Positions 37,995 through 51,187 of a stretch of 62,003 nucleotides of DNA are shown here, in pieces. Both the position numbers and the translations under genes were made by a program. The stretch is from Priapulus caudatus. Taxonomy: Eukaryota. How positions within the stretch are numbered: the stretch's first letter is position 1; each line of letters begins with the position of its first letter. Under the pieces are notes generated by a model. That model worked only from the letters and a program-made list of their open reading frames with translations, had not been told where the DNA came from and did no database searches. Location: the NCBI RefSeq assembly GCF_000485595.1, contig NW_014577066.1, forward strand, positions 84,973 to 146,975. The letters are read 5' to 3'.

Positions 37995-40150
37995 CAGCAG
38001 CAGTAATATATAGCAATAGCAGCAGCAACAACAACAATAGCAGTAGTAGCAGTAGCAGTAGCAGCAGCAGCAGCAGCAGCAGCATTAACAGTAGCAGCAG
38101 CAGCAGCAGTAGCAGCAACAGTAGCAGTAGCAGCAGCAGCAGTAGTAGCAGTAGCAGCAGTAGTAGCAGTAGCAGCAGTAGCAAGTTGCCGTGGAGGGTA
38201 ATTACCGTGGCTCATTAGCACCCAGGTTGGCTGCTTGACCTGATAACAAGTGTGCGCGTGCTAATGCGACCACGCACATGCATCTCTGCCAGCTTCTGTG
38301 CTGGACCCGCCGTACAGCGAGCGACTCTATTCATCGTGCAGAGAAAGTCTTGACCGGGTGATTATATACGGTCTACGTAGCAACCATGTGCATGGGTGCG
38401 TGCGTGCGTGCGTGCATGTGCGTGCGCCGGGCGTGCGTGCGTGTGCATGCGTGTGTGCGCGGGCCGGCTTTCAATGCCGTGAAAAGTCACCTTTGTGCGC
38501 TCTGCGCCTCAAAGCCGCTTGCCTGCTGGACCGTCTTGTCTCTACCTACCCGCGTACCTGCCCGCCTGCCTGCCCGCCTATCCACCTACCCGCCTATATA
38601 CCTGCCAGCCTGTTTACCTGCCTATGATATCTACTTACCCGCGTACCTGCCCGCCTGCCTGCCCCTTCCCCCGCGCGTGCGTGCGTGTCGACCCGCGCGT
38701 CTGCGGCCGTGCGTGTATTCATTACATTTCAAATTAAAATGCGGCATCTAATTAACCGCCGGCGCTTACGGTTGGCCTGGCGATGGCCTGCGTAAACGAT
38801 ACTGTTTGCGCAACTCGTTGAGTGTTTGTTAGCGCGGAAATGCGCCTATAGAGAAGCGCGTTGATATTAAATTAGCCGTAAACCGCCGGTGCCTACGGAA
38901 GGAGGGACGTGGACGTGACTGTGCAGATGGGAGGGAGTGCCGACGGGGTGGCGGTAGGGGGGTGGGGAGAGCGGAAGGTGTTACACGGCGAGGAAAATAA
39001 TATCCACGTAATAAGGCGTGTGAAACAACAGATATGCTGCAACGCGTGTGTCCGTGCGTGCGTAGGTGCNNNNNNNNNNTAACAGTAGCAGCAGCAGCAG
39101 CAGTAGCAGCAGCAGTAGCCGTAGCAGCAGCAGTAGCCGTAGCAGCAGCAGTAGCCGTAGCAGCAGCAGTAGCTCCAGCAGCAGCACTAACAGTAGCAGC
39201 AGCAGCAGCAGTAGCAGCAACAGTAGCAGTAGCAGCGGCAGCAGTAGTAGCAGTAGCAGCAGTAGCAGCAGTAGCAGGTTGCCGTGGAGGGTAATTACCG
39301 TGGCTCATTAGCACCCAGGTTGGCTGCTTGACCTGATAACAAGTGTGCGCGTGCTAATGCGACCACGCACATGCATCTCTGCCAGCTTCTGTGCTGGACT
39401 CGCCGTACAGCGAGCGACTCTATTCATCGTGCAGAGAAAGTCTTGACCGGGTGATTATATACGGTCTACGTAGCAACCGTGTGCATGGGTGCGTGCGTGC
39501 GTGCATGTGCGTGCGCCGGGCGTGCGTGCGCGGGCCGGCTTTCAATGCCGTGAAAAGTCACCTTTGTGCGCTCTGCGCCTCGAAGCCGCCTGCCTGCTGG
39601 ACCGTCTTGTCTCTACCTACCCGCGTACCTGCCCGCCTGCCTGCCCGCCTATATACCTGCCCGCCTATATACCTGCCAGCCTGTTTACCTGCCTATGATA
39701 TCTACCTACCCGCGTACCTGCCCGCCTGCCTGCCCCTATTCCCCCGCGCGTGCGTGCGTGTCGACCCGCGCGTCTGCGGCCGTGCGTGTATTCATTACAT
39801 TTCAAATTAAAATGCGGCATCTAATTAACCGCCGGCGCTTACGGTTGGCCTGGCGATGGCCTGCGTAAACGATACTGTTTGCGCAACTCGTTGAGTGTTT
39901 GTTAGCGCGGAAATGCGCCTATAGAGAAGCGCGTTGATATTAAATTAGCCGTAAACCGCCGGTGCCTACGGAAGGAGGGACGTGGACGTGACTGTGCAGA
40001 TGGGAGGGAGTACCGACGGGGTGGCGGTATGGGGGGTGGGGAGAGCGGAAGGTGTTACACGGCGAGGAAAATAATATCCGCGTATAATAAGGCGTGTGAA
40101 ACAACAGATATGCTGCAACGCGTGTGTCCGTGCGTGCGTACGTGTGTGCG
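37995..40150 (+). repeat. ~1.07-kb near-identical tandem duplication (about 38000-39069 and 39080-40150) separated by a 10-N gap
   Basis: Both copies run (CAG/TAG)n-ttgccgtggagggtaattacc...gaaacaacagatatgctgcaacgcg. They differ by a few SNPs and microsatellite lengths. Confidence 0.95.
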
Positions 40151-40233
40151 TGCGTTTAGGTACTATACTATAGGCAGCCATAATAGAGTACTGATTACCT
40201 GATGATGACCCACTCACTCAGCCCCCCTCTGTT

Positions 40234-40293
<60 letters not shown>

Positions 40294-41179
40294 NNNNNNN
40301 NNNNNNNNNNNNNNNNNNNNNNNNNNNNNNNNNNNNNNNNNNNNNNNNNNNNNNNNNNNNNNNNNNNNNNNNNNNNNNNNNNNNNNNNNNNNNNNNNNNN
40401 NNNNNNNNNNNNNNNNNNNNNNNNNNNNNNNNNNNNNNNNNNNNNNNNNNNNNNNNNNNNNNNNNNNNNNNNNNNNNNNNNNNNNNNNNNNNNNNNNNNN
40501 NNNNNNNNNNNNNNNNNNNNNNNNNNNNNNNNNNNNNNNNNNNNNNNNNNNNNNNNNNNNNNNNNNNNNNNNNNNNNNNNNNNNNNNNNNNNNNNNNNNN
40601 NNNNNNNNNNNNNNNNNNNNNNNNNNNNNNNNNNNNNNNNNNNNNNNNNNNNNNNNNNNNNNNNNNNNNNNNNNNNNNNNNNNNNNNNNNNNNNNNNNNN
40701 NNNNNNNNNNNNNNNNNNNNNNNNNNNNNNNNNNNNNNNNNNNNNNNNNNNNNNNNNNNNNNNNNNNNNNNNNNNNNNNNNNNNNNNNNNNNNNNNNNNN
40801 NNNNNNNNNNNNNNNNNNNNNNNNNNNNNNNNNNNNNNNNNNNNNNNNNNNNNNNNNNNNNNNNNNNNNNNNNNNNNNNNNNNNNNNNNNNNNNNNNNNN
40901 NNNNNNNNNNNNNNNNNNNNNNNNNNNNNNNNNNNNNNNNNNNNNNNNNNNNNNNNNNNNNNNNNNNNNNNNNNNNNNNNNNNNNNNNNNNNNNNNNNNN
41001 NNNNNNACTCACTCACTCACTCACTCACTCACTCACTCACTCACTCACTCACTCACTCACTCACTCTTAGTGACTGTGATGCATGTGTTACCAGTAGTGT
41101 TATGTGTAAGGTGTTATATGGAGAGTTTAGTTGTTGCAGATGTTTGAAATACGTGAAATACGTGAATATGAAATACGTG

Positions 41180-41594
41180 ATCGACGACCGGCCCCCGATC
41201 CGATATCTGCTCTGATCAAATTCAACTTGTAAATCTCATATAGAAAACTATGCCAAAGTAGCTACTGAACATTTTAACTTCATTATTACATGCTTATTTC
41301 TACTTACATTATTGGGCTTACCAAAATCTCTGTGCATGCAGCACAACGTTGCGAGATATTAGCAAGGCAAAGATATAGCGCCCCCTATTTTCAGGCAAAT
41401 GTTTACCTTTTTTGTTTTTTTGTCTTTTTTACGCCTTTTTTACCGTTTTCAACCGAGTATAGTTTAGAACCAGTCCCGTGTATTCATCGATCTCTTCTGT
41501 GAATTTGGCGCTATTTGAATCCAAACTGACGGAACCTTTCATTAACAAAGATACATACATACATACATACAACATTCGGCAAATTATAGTAAGA
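41180..41594 (+). mobile_element. Non-autonomous Helitron/Helentron-like (Lep1/HINE-type) element; 5' end uncertain
   Basis: The 3' end reads (ACAT)n-aacattcggcaaattatagtaagat. Internal phrases such as gatcaaattc, ttgcgagatattag and gtgaatttggcg are typical of this class (inference). Confidence 0.5.
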
Positions 41595-41674
41595 TGGGGC
41601 AACGATAACGGGGGATTGGCGTCGGTATATTGAGTTGGACGTCTGATTAATGTGTCTTCTTTTTGCTTCCTCAG

Positions 41675-41713
41675 ATTACGGATACGGAGATGATGGGGGA
41701 TCAGAGTACAGAG
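41675..41713 (+). CDS. HNRNPK: hnRNP K 39-nt exon (phase 1-1): DYGYGDDGGSEYR
   Basis: Strong acceptor tcttctttttgcttcctcag with an upstream ctgat/ttaat branch-like site, and donor GAG|gttagt. Open and in frame between 24630 and 48487. Confidence 0.65.
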
Positions 41714-41891
41714 GTTAGTGCTGCACCCTCGTTACTATACGTGTCCGTGTGGGCGGTGGGAGAAGGCGGGCACTAGGGCGAGACTAACGTCGGTGGAGAG
41801 GCGGATTGCATGGCGGGGAAGCCATGTGGTTGGGAGGGTTTTTTTCCTTGACGGGATAGGGGAGATGGCTAGCATGGGGAACCCTCCTTCT

Positions 41892-41923
<32 letters not shown>

Positions 41924-42418
41924 CTTATATATATTATATATATTATATAAATATATATATATATATATATAAATATATATATATATATCAGGAGTTAATA
42001 AAGTGAAAAAATAATTCTAACTATAGTTTCAATGTAAAATAGTTTTAATTTTTAAACCCAGCATGGGTGCAACGTAACTTAATTTATAAGAGCATTTTCT
42101 TCACTCGGCTAGACTACGGCCTAAAACTAAAAGCCCTGCCGCGCCTCCTTCCTGTTGCTGTGTATGCGCAGCATTACCGAATTTACCGCTTGGCCTCGCC
42201 ACACGACGGTAAATAACGTGAAAACCATGTCGTTCAAAAGTACGATTTAAGTCAAAACGAAGGAAGCTACGCGGTTTGTAATACTACCGGAAGATTAAGG
42301 ACCAGTGAACAAAAGAAGCTCATGTTTGTATACATTTGTATTTTTATTTACATCGAACTCGTACGACAAAATGTAGTGAAATCAATACCAAATACGTGTC
42401 AAACTCCTTTGTCTTTTC

Positions 42419-42455
<37 letters not shown>

Positions 42456-42631
42456 CATCATGAGATGATCGCATGGTGTTCGTCTAAATAACGCGCAGCG
42501 CAAGAAACTAAGTATATACTAATAGTAAATAAACAAATCAACGTGCAGCACGCGCGCGCGTGAAAAAATAGAGCTCGCTGGCCTTCTTTCTCCCTCTCCG
42601 CTCCCCTCTCACCCGCCTCTTTCTCTCTCTA

Positions 42632-42664
<33 letters not shown>

Positions 42665-42695
42665 TTCTTCTTCTCTCTCGCTGCTCTCTGTCTCT

Positions 42696-42740
<45 letters not shown>

Positions 42741-43054
42741 CCATCCTCCTTTCCCTCCCTCCCTCCCTATCTCATCCCCCCTCTCCCTCCCTCCCCCTAC
42801 TCGTGCTCTCTCTTCGCTTCGCTCCTCTCTCTCTCCGCTCCTCCTTCTCTTTCTCTCTCTCTCCGTCTCCTCTCTACTCTCTCTCCCGCCCTCCTCTTCT
42901 CTCTCCGCGCCCTCTCTCTCTATCCGCCCTCCTTTTCTTTCTCTCGCGCGCACTCTGTCATCTCTCGTCTCTCCCTCCCGCTCTCTCTCCCTCCTCTTTT
43001 CTCTCTCTCTCTCCCTCGCCGCTCTCTCTCCCTCCTCTTTCTCTCTCTCTCTCT

Positions 43055-45224
43055 CTCTCTCGGTTCTGCTGCGTCTGATCGTTGATGTAACCATCGCGCC
43101 TGTCATAAACGGCAAGCATTTGATTCAAATCACTTTCTACAGTAATAGTGGCAGACAGAGCAGGACTCGGCGCGCGCCGGCGGCGGCAGGCGGGGGCGGG
43201 GCGATGTTCTCTTTTGATGAGGCTGCGCGCACCTGGCCTGACTGAAGGAGATGAATGATTGATGCATTGATTAGAATATGATTGATTCATGATGGATGAT
43301 GATTGCATGGGCGGGTAGAGCTGAATTATCGGACAGCTCCTCAGCTTCGCTTCGCTGACGTCGGCGCGCTACATACACTGCGTCGGACGTTCCATTTTCA
43401 TACGCGGTCGCGGTGCTGCTGGCTGCTGGCCTGCTTGCTGCTGCTGGCTGCTTGGCTGCTGCTGCTGCCTGCTGCTGCCTGCTGCTGCTGTCTGCTGCTG
43501 CTGCCATTCGCTCCTGCTGCCTTGCTGCTGCTGCTATTGCCTCCTGCTGCTTGCTATTGCTCTGCTGCTGCTATTTGTTTGTTGATTGCGTGGCTTTTTA
43601 CTGTCAGAACAGAAAGAATGCCACCACTCGGAACTGGGACTTTGTTTCACCATAGTGTACTAATATAGTTTACTCTTTAGAGTAGAAAATTCAGAAAGCT
43701 CATCTGGTAAACATATGCTATACCATTATGAAAATGTTCTAATTATCATGCATGCGCCTAGTCTGTTTGCGTTATGTATTATCTTGATTTATATGTTGTC
43801 GCTATACTAAAATTCGACGTGTTCGCGTCCCGTCACTTGGCCAGCTCTGATTAGTTATACGCAGTAGTGGTAACCGTAGTTGTGTGTGCGCACACGCCGC
43901 GCGTGCTTGCAGTTTTAATATGTCAGCCATATATTGAGTTCGCGGCTTGCACAATTTTGCCTTCTATTGGATGCCAGATTTCCATTTCTGGGCACTGTTC
44001 ATATATGTAGGCTGTAGCGAGTATTTTACAACACACACACACACACACACACACACGCCCACGCAGCACGCACGCACGCGCGCGCAACATAATATATGTA
44101 TGTATAATAGATATATTAATATATATATATATATGTAGGAAAGGTAAATAATGACTACTGCATTTCGGATTGCATACGCGCATGTTTGTTAATTCTTGAA
44201 TAAGCATTGAGATGAGTCTTCAAGCACTCGATAATAACACATGTGTTATTATCTGCTAATTGATGCAATCTACGATTACAATTTTCGGTGCTCAGTAGAC
44301 AAGCGGCGTTAATGCAGGAAACTGACTGTAGCCAGAATGTAACTATGCCGTACGATGTCGTGGGTTGAATTTTTTCGGCGCTATCGTCGCCGCGGGTGCC
44401 TCTAGATCTTCGTGTTAGTTATATTATCGTCGTGTCGTTCCCGAGCCAGGGCTTTTGAGCCTGCCTGCCTGCTGCGCTCTTCGCAGTGGGAATTGCCCCT
44501 CTTAGGCACTGATATATGATTACGGCCTCTTAATCCAGGCTTTTAGCACACGGGCCCTAATCATATTATTCGGCCCGTAATCCGCGATATAGCTCATTAC
44601 CTGCGGTATTCTAATTGATTCATCAGACGCGGGACGGAGCGCAGGTGTGCACACGGGGAGCGGGCGTGCGGTCGGTAGCGCGCCTATTCTATTAGTAGCT
44701 CTACTACATGGATTCGCGATTGTGTCGCAGCTTCCGCATGCCGTCACCGCTTCCAGCCCCACAGCCAGCGCGCTCTCACATGCCCACGCAACTCGAAGCG
44801 TACGTGAGGGCCGGTGCTACGTGAAGTATGGACTGTGATATACTGTAGTTGGAAAAGCGGGTCTGCTGGTGGGCGGAAAGAGGAGGGGGCGTGGTGGTGA
44901 TGGACAGCAGCGTGGGGGTAGCGGGAGAGGAGCGTTGTGGGTTGGGAGGGGTCGAGCGAATAGCGTCGTTCCGCGTCGATTTTTACCGTCCCATCTGCTG
45001 TCCCCATCCTCCATTGTGTGCAATTTGTAGACGCCTATAGCGTGGCCCCTGACTGCGAGAAAGACGTGAAAGAGAATCTCTCTCTCTCTCCTTCCTCCTC
45101 CCTCCCTTCCTTCCCTCCCCTCTATGGTGTGTCTTTTCCTCCGCTCTCTCTCGCTCCCCCTCCTCACGCCCTCTCTCGCTCTCTTCTCGCTCTCTCTCTC
45201 TTCTCTCTCTCTCTCTCTCTCTCT

Positions 45225-45260
<36 letters not shown>

Positions 45261-45655
45261 GCTCTCTCTCTCTCTGTGTGTGTCTGTCTGTCTGTCTCTC
45301 TCTCCTCGAGCTATTCATATCCGTCGCTGTAATTGTTATCAAAGGCGAATCTCGTGACGACGACTATGAGAGCATTTTGTGACACGTCAGCCCGCTGCGA
45401 TCGTTTTGTGGTCTAATTTTCTCTAATATTTTGCTCGGCAAATTTATGCGCGCGCAAAGGAGGCTGGGCGCTTTATCCCGTAATTACAAACTAGCAAAAA
45501 CAATTTCGACGAAGTGCGTGCTTTGCATATTGCTCACTGAGCTTCTGAAGAATATCACAGAGCGCGACGACGTGGCTGATTCTTTTTTTGGCGGAAAAAA
45601 TGTTAGATAATTTTAATGTTTTCTAGATTCTATCTTGCTAGCAAATTTGCTCTCG

Positions 45656-45749
<94 letters not shown>

Positions 45750-46850
45750 CTCTCACTCTCTCATTTTTCGAATGCGGAAAGTTTGAATAATTGCTCCGTG
45801 CCAACCTTACACTGCTTTGCTCATTGTTCGTCTCTATTTGTGCCTCTTCACGTTGACCTGCCTGTCACCTTTCCGTCGTCGCCGCCGCCGCCGCCCTCCC
45901 AGCATTGCTGGCTGGAATTACTATAGTGCGCGGTGGCGTTGCACTCCGGTACAGTGGCCGTGTGTGCGCTCGTTCGCGCGTGCGCGCGTGTGTGTGTGGT
46001 GTGTCTGTGTGTGTGTGCGTGGCGTGCGCTGCCTTGTGCGTGCGCGCGCTCCGTGGGGCGGCGTGGCTGTGTGTGTGCTACGTGCGTGCGCGTCGTTGTA
46101 TGACTTGGGCCACAAGTGCGCATTTATAATCTCGGCCCAAAAGCCTTGGCAGAGCCAATGAATAGAATCAGGAGGTCGGCCGTCAGCGAAAGGCCGTTGC
46201 TTGTGATCGTCATTCGTGAGTGTCCACCTATCATGGCGTAACGACAGGTAAATGGGGAGGCGCGCTGCCGCGCACGGTGTCGTAGCCTCCATTATTAATC
46301 TGTGCCGATAACAACCGGGCACGGTTAACATTGGCCCGCGGGCCTGCCTATCATTGTTAAGGATTACTGTAAGGGTTCGGACCGCGTAACACTGTAAAGG
46401 GGCATTGCGCCAACATAACTACGTGGCCTTCAAATTCAATCAAACTCATATCATTTACATACGAGAGCATCTCTCTACGCTCTCGACGACAGAAAAAAAA
46501 TATTTATTTAGCGCTAATTAACTGACAGCTAAAAATTGCTGAATTTAGACAAAAACATGCTTTTTGCTATTCTCAGAAACAGCAAAGAGTTGCGCGACCT
46601 AAACTTATTAACCAATTTTTTAAATGCTTTAATTTAGCGAAATAAGTTGAAAAAGCATGCTACAAAAAATTTGCTTACGTCGAATTTTCTACACGCAACA
46701 ATTTCGTAATAGCAAAAATGCATGACCAAAAATCGTCTTTAACCCTATACATTATCTTAAGCCGCATCGTTTTTGAGCTGCGCTGAAGTTTCGCGGAAGA
46801 CATTTTTTTTTAGTTTGGGGTGGGTTTGGGAGGGGGGGGCGTCAGGTGCT
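43055..46850 (+). repeat. ~3.6-3.8 kb intronic segment, copy 1 (noisy); direct repeat of 51695-55239
   Basis: Collinear anchors: aatcactttctacagtaatagtggcag, gtttactctttagagtagaaaattcagaaa, cggcgctatcgtcgccgcgggtgcctctagatct and gaagtttcgcggaagacattttttt...gtcaggtgc. Confidence 0.93.
46361..46756. mobile_element. TTAA-flanked MITE nested in the duplicated segment (copy of 54775-55150)
   Basis: ttaa|ggattactgtaagggtt ... aaccctatacattatc|ttaa. Confidence 0.6.
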
Positions 46851-47536
46851 TAAACGCAGGCTTTGTTGCGTAGTGCAGCTCACGCGTATATTGGATGGCA
46901 ATTTTATCCAGTCGCGAGAGAATGTGAGAACCTCTTACATAAGATTCGTCGAGGTCACCCTGATAGAGAGATAGAGAGATGAGGTTAGGGGAGAGCGAGG
47001 GAAAGGAAGAGAAGAAGAGAGGGGTAGAGCATGGGGTAGAAATAAATCAATACAATCATTTAAAATAATTAGTTTCATGAATTTTTATTTTTAATCATTT
47101 AATTTCATTAGCCAATTATATCGCAAACTACATTACAAGTTATTTCTTAATCCTATAATTAATCATCGATTTGGCTTATAGTATGTATTATAAATGCAGT
47201 TTATAGGCGTGCGTGATAATTGTAGCGTATATTTAGATAACTAAAGAATTAAAAGGCTACGGCTACTGTAAATTTCACATCCGCTGACATTCCAACTGAA
47301 ATGGAATCACTTTTGTGTATTCGGTTCATTCTCATATCAGTGCATGTTAAGACTAAGTAACACTCAAAATAATTCGTGCTATTCGTAAACCAGTCGGAAT
47401 TATCATGACAAATGAAAAGAATTTCAGCTGTAATTTTTCTTATTCAACGTGTAATCTAACACACGTAAAAAACGCTCGCACACGCGAACTTTCGCAGACA
47501 CGTGCGCTCGCACGCTGAGAGCAGCAGAGAGAGACA

Positions 47537-47582
<46 letters not shown>

Positions 47583-48486
47583 AACCCCCCCCCCCCCCCC
47601 CTCACCACAACACACACACACACCACACACACACACACACACAACACACACACACACACACACACACACACCACAGTTTGGACTCACCGCGGCAGCCTCG
47701 CAAATACTAACTAACTAGAGCACGCACACACATGCACGCACGCACCGCTGCGCGCAGATATATATATGATATACAGATATATAGTCTCGTGCGCGCGCAA
47801 CACACGCACCACAACACAGCACTCCACGTGGTGGCCGTGTACGTAGTCTCGCGCTTAACGAACACGTACATTTGGTGTACACGCACGCGGTAGCGTTGGG
47901 AGGCTAAGTAGGCGCGCTGCATGGGAGTCTAGTGCGTCACTAGCGTTTTACTGTGGCACCAGGTTCTTTTGGGGACAGTTAGCAGCGTTTGTTCACCGAG
48001 CGCGAGAGCTTTGTGATGGGGGTCAGTGGGCTGGCAGTTGGTCACGGTTATAATCAGTGTCATTTTGAAGGGCCAAAAATCAAAAAACCAAATGGGGCTT
48101 TGTTAGTTATTCTTTATTTGCCGCACTAAATGCTTTTACTGGTGTCGTTCTCTTTTAATGGAGGTTCTGTTATCGTGCTTGTTTCGCGTCAGTTCTAGTA
48201 ACGACCACACGCCCACCCTCCTTTTATTCCCCACTCCGTTCCCACCGGCCTCCATCATTCGGCTCAATCTCTCTCTCTCAGCTCTCTCTCTCTCTCTCTC
48301 TCTCTCTGCTCTCCTCTCTTCTCTCTCTCTCATTCCTTCCCTTTCACTCTCTCCATCCAACATCCCCTGCCCTCCCTAACCCTTCTCGCTTTCTCCCTCT
48401 CTTCCCTCACCTCTGCCAATCGCCCTCTTGCTCTCCACCTCTGCTGCTTGGCTCTCACTGTCCCTGTCATCTGTCTCGTGCTGCAG

Positions 48487-48588
48487 GTACAGCGCTCGTT
48501 CGACGACGAGGGCGTGATGGCGGCCAGACCAAGCGTCCACGACGCGACTCGCCGCAGGTTGACCTGAGAGTGCTGCTACAGAGCAACG
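48487..48588 (+). CDS. HNRNPK: hnRNP K exon: bipartite-NLS region and start of KH1 (..RSFDDEG/DGGQTKRPRRDSPQVDLRVLLQS), with apparent 1-nt indels
   Basis: tgctgcag acceptor and gtacgt donor at 48589. The peptide aligns with human [32 protein letters not shown]. It is 102 nt, whereas phase 1 to 0 needs a length of 2 mod 3. Confidence 0.85.
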
Positions 48589-48689
48589 GTACGTGCTGTG
48601 TGTGTGTGTGTTATCGTGTGCCTACATAGGTGCGTCTCTCCTGCCAGCCACCACGCCGCAACGTGTAGAAATGGTGATAAGCAGCGCGT

Positions 48690-48895
48690 GGCGTTGTTGT
48701 TGTGTTGCTGTTGTCGTTGTTGTCATCGTTTTTCTCGTTTGTTGTCTTTTTCGTTGTTTTTGTTGTCTGTTGTTTTATGTTGTCATCGTTGTTGTTGTTT
48801 TGTTGTTGTTGTTGTTGTTGTGTTGTTGTCGTTGTTGTTTGTGTGTTGTTGTGCTGTTGTTGTTGTTTGCTCGGTCGTCGCTCGTGTCGTTGTTG
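48690..48895. repeat. (GTT)n microsatellite, degenerate
   Basis: Visible runs of ttgttgttg. Confidence 0.9.
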
Positions 48896-50772
48896 TAATT
48901 GATGGTCTTATCATTGCTTGTACTCTCATAGATCGTTATTAGTGCTCGCGCTATATAGGTTTGTTACTAAACGACTATCATATGCGTATATAAATGACGG
49001 AAGAGTGAGGTATACGTCGTATTCAGAGTGCAATCATATCTTTAATAACAATTACTTAAGCTAACGTAACACCCATGAAACAAGGCATATTACGTGTACA
49101 TAGTGTACGCGGCAAGAAACATAACTCACATTTCAAACGGCTACGATGTTCACACACGCACAAGCAGAGACTGAGACGAGAAGTCAACTGATGGGAGACG
49201 AAGTGAGCGCACAAAGGCGTTCTCGTTTATATACGCGCGTCCTTTCTCTATTGTCTTAGGTTATTGTCACGCGGTCATGTGTAGCGCTTTCATTGGCCGA
49301 CACGCATAGGCGTTTCTGTGACCCACGTGCCCGTTTAAACAAAGACTATTATACCATTCCCTAATTGCGATTATTATTAAATTGTACCATATTTCTGTAT
49401 TACATTGTCATTGTTAGTTATCACGTGCTAGCTCCCTATTATTGTAGTTTCTCCCCCCCATGTCGTCGGCGTCTGGCCTCCCCATCTGTAGATGGCGTGC
49501 GTTGCAGCGTGCGCGCGCACAGCCTCGCGACGTTAATCATGCCTGGCCCGTGGCAGCGACTGTCACCCGCACGTCAGCAGAACGAATCCGCAGCGGCGAC
49601 GGCGACGTATGCATTTACGATGAGAAAATCCAACCGCAGTACATTTCGCAACAAATAATTTACGTACTCGCCTTCTCGCCGAGTGTACGTGCAGGCGTTC
49701 GTGCGTGCGTGCGTGCGTGTATACGAGCTTGCGTGCGTGCGAGCGTGCGTGTGCGCGTGTATAAGTGAGTGTGTGTGAGCGTGTGCGAGCTTGCGTGAGT
49801 GCAGCGGCGCGTGTCTACCTCCGTCAAACCCCTGGGCGGCGCTAACGATTTCTTCCTTGCCGTGGCCGCTCAGGCGATGTTGAATGGGGGGTTTTATTGG
49901 AATTTGTTTTCCTCGCGGGTTAATTACCACGATACATGACCGTACCGTGAGCGCCTACGTGGCCGGAGGCGAAAGGAATTTTTCGACTTGGCCTTCGCGT
50001 ACATACACGGCTTTGAATCCCTCTTGGGGTTGATTACCGTGATTCAGGCATCTTCTAGCAGTGGCCACACCGTGTGAAATCTACGGGCGGTTATATATAT
50101 TAGATAGGTGGTGCCACCACGGCCGCAGTGTGGGTTAATTGCGCCCGACAGGCGCATCTCGGGAATTCCCCTGCGAATTTCAGCGTGGATATACTCCCAC
50201 CCGAAGCAGTAACTCCGACGCCTCTTTCGTTGTATGTCCGTTAACGTTTATAGTATAATTATGGAGGAGCGAGTTGGAGGAGAGGTTTTTATCCTTGATT
50301 GACCCTGTTTGACCCCCATATTGATTTCCATTTTGACCGTGTCACCTGTGTGTGTGTTGAACTTAAGTATCGCGTGGGTGTTCTATTGTTCTTGCTTTTG
50401 TTTCTTTGTTCTGTTACTGCCTACCAACCATGTAGCTGTATTATAGCTAGCCTCTGGGCGAGCATTCAAAGCCTACCCTAACTGTACTGTGCTACTACTT
50501 TCCCCAAGGCATAAGGCTGCTCTACCTGTAGAAATGTTTTATACGGTTATTATGCGTAACCTATCCCTCGCGTAGTAGCCGCACCGCCCCATATACCCTT
50601 CCTGCGTCGTGGATAACGTATGTAGCCTCCCCGCGCCGCGAAACACTCCTAATCTGAATGAGAAATCGTATCAAGCGTGTATGCAACGCGGAAAACATTC
50701 ATGGACTAATGCCTTTTTGTTGTAAGCGTGTGCGCCTGCTCTCGCTAAGTGTACACCTTTGCTGCGTTGCAG

Positions 50773-50829
50773 AATGCCGGTGCCATTATTGGCAAAGCAG
50801 GAGCGAACATAAAGCGGCTGAGGAGTGAC
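50773..50829 (+). CDS. HNRNPK: hnRNP K KH1 exon, 57 nt: NAGAIIGKAGANIKRLRSD
   Basis: gttgcag acceptor, gtaagt donor, KH GxxG loop (GKAG). Matches human NAGAVIGKGGKNIKALRTD. Confidence 0.96.
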
Positions 50830-51150
50830 GTAAGTACTCAAGCTTGCTCTCTCTCTATATATATGTATATATATATGTGTGCGTGTGCGTGTGTGCGTGT
50901 GCGTGCATGCGTGCGTACGTGCGTACGTGCGTGCGTGCGTGTATATATATATATATCAGAAGTAGATAATAGGGATATATATTCTTATATAATTCTGATA
51001 TATATATACATGTCCGGGCGTTTTTCGTCCGCGACGACGACTGCGCCGGCAGTAGCGCATGCGTGCGTACAGCAGCCGAGCCTATTATGTGGCAGTGTCT
51101 GAATAAAGCTAATTCCCTGTAGATTGAAAAAGACAGTTGTTCGCGTGTGC

Positions 51151-51187
<37 letters not shown>

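Noticed and set aside
49900..50240. GC-balanced intronic stretch with small stems, considered as snoRNA, tRNA-SINE or miRNA
   Set aside because: No C/D or H/ACA box arrangement, A/B boxes or long hairpin could be identified by eye.
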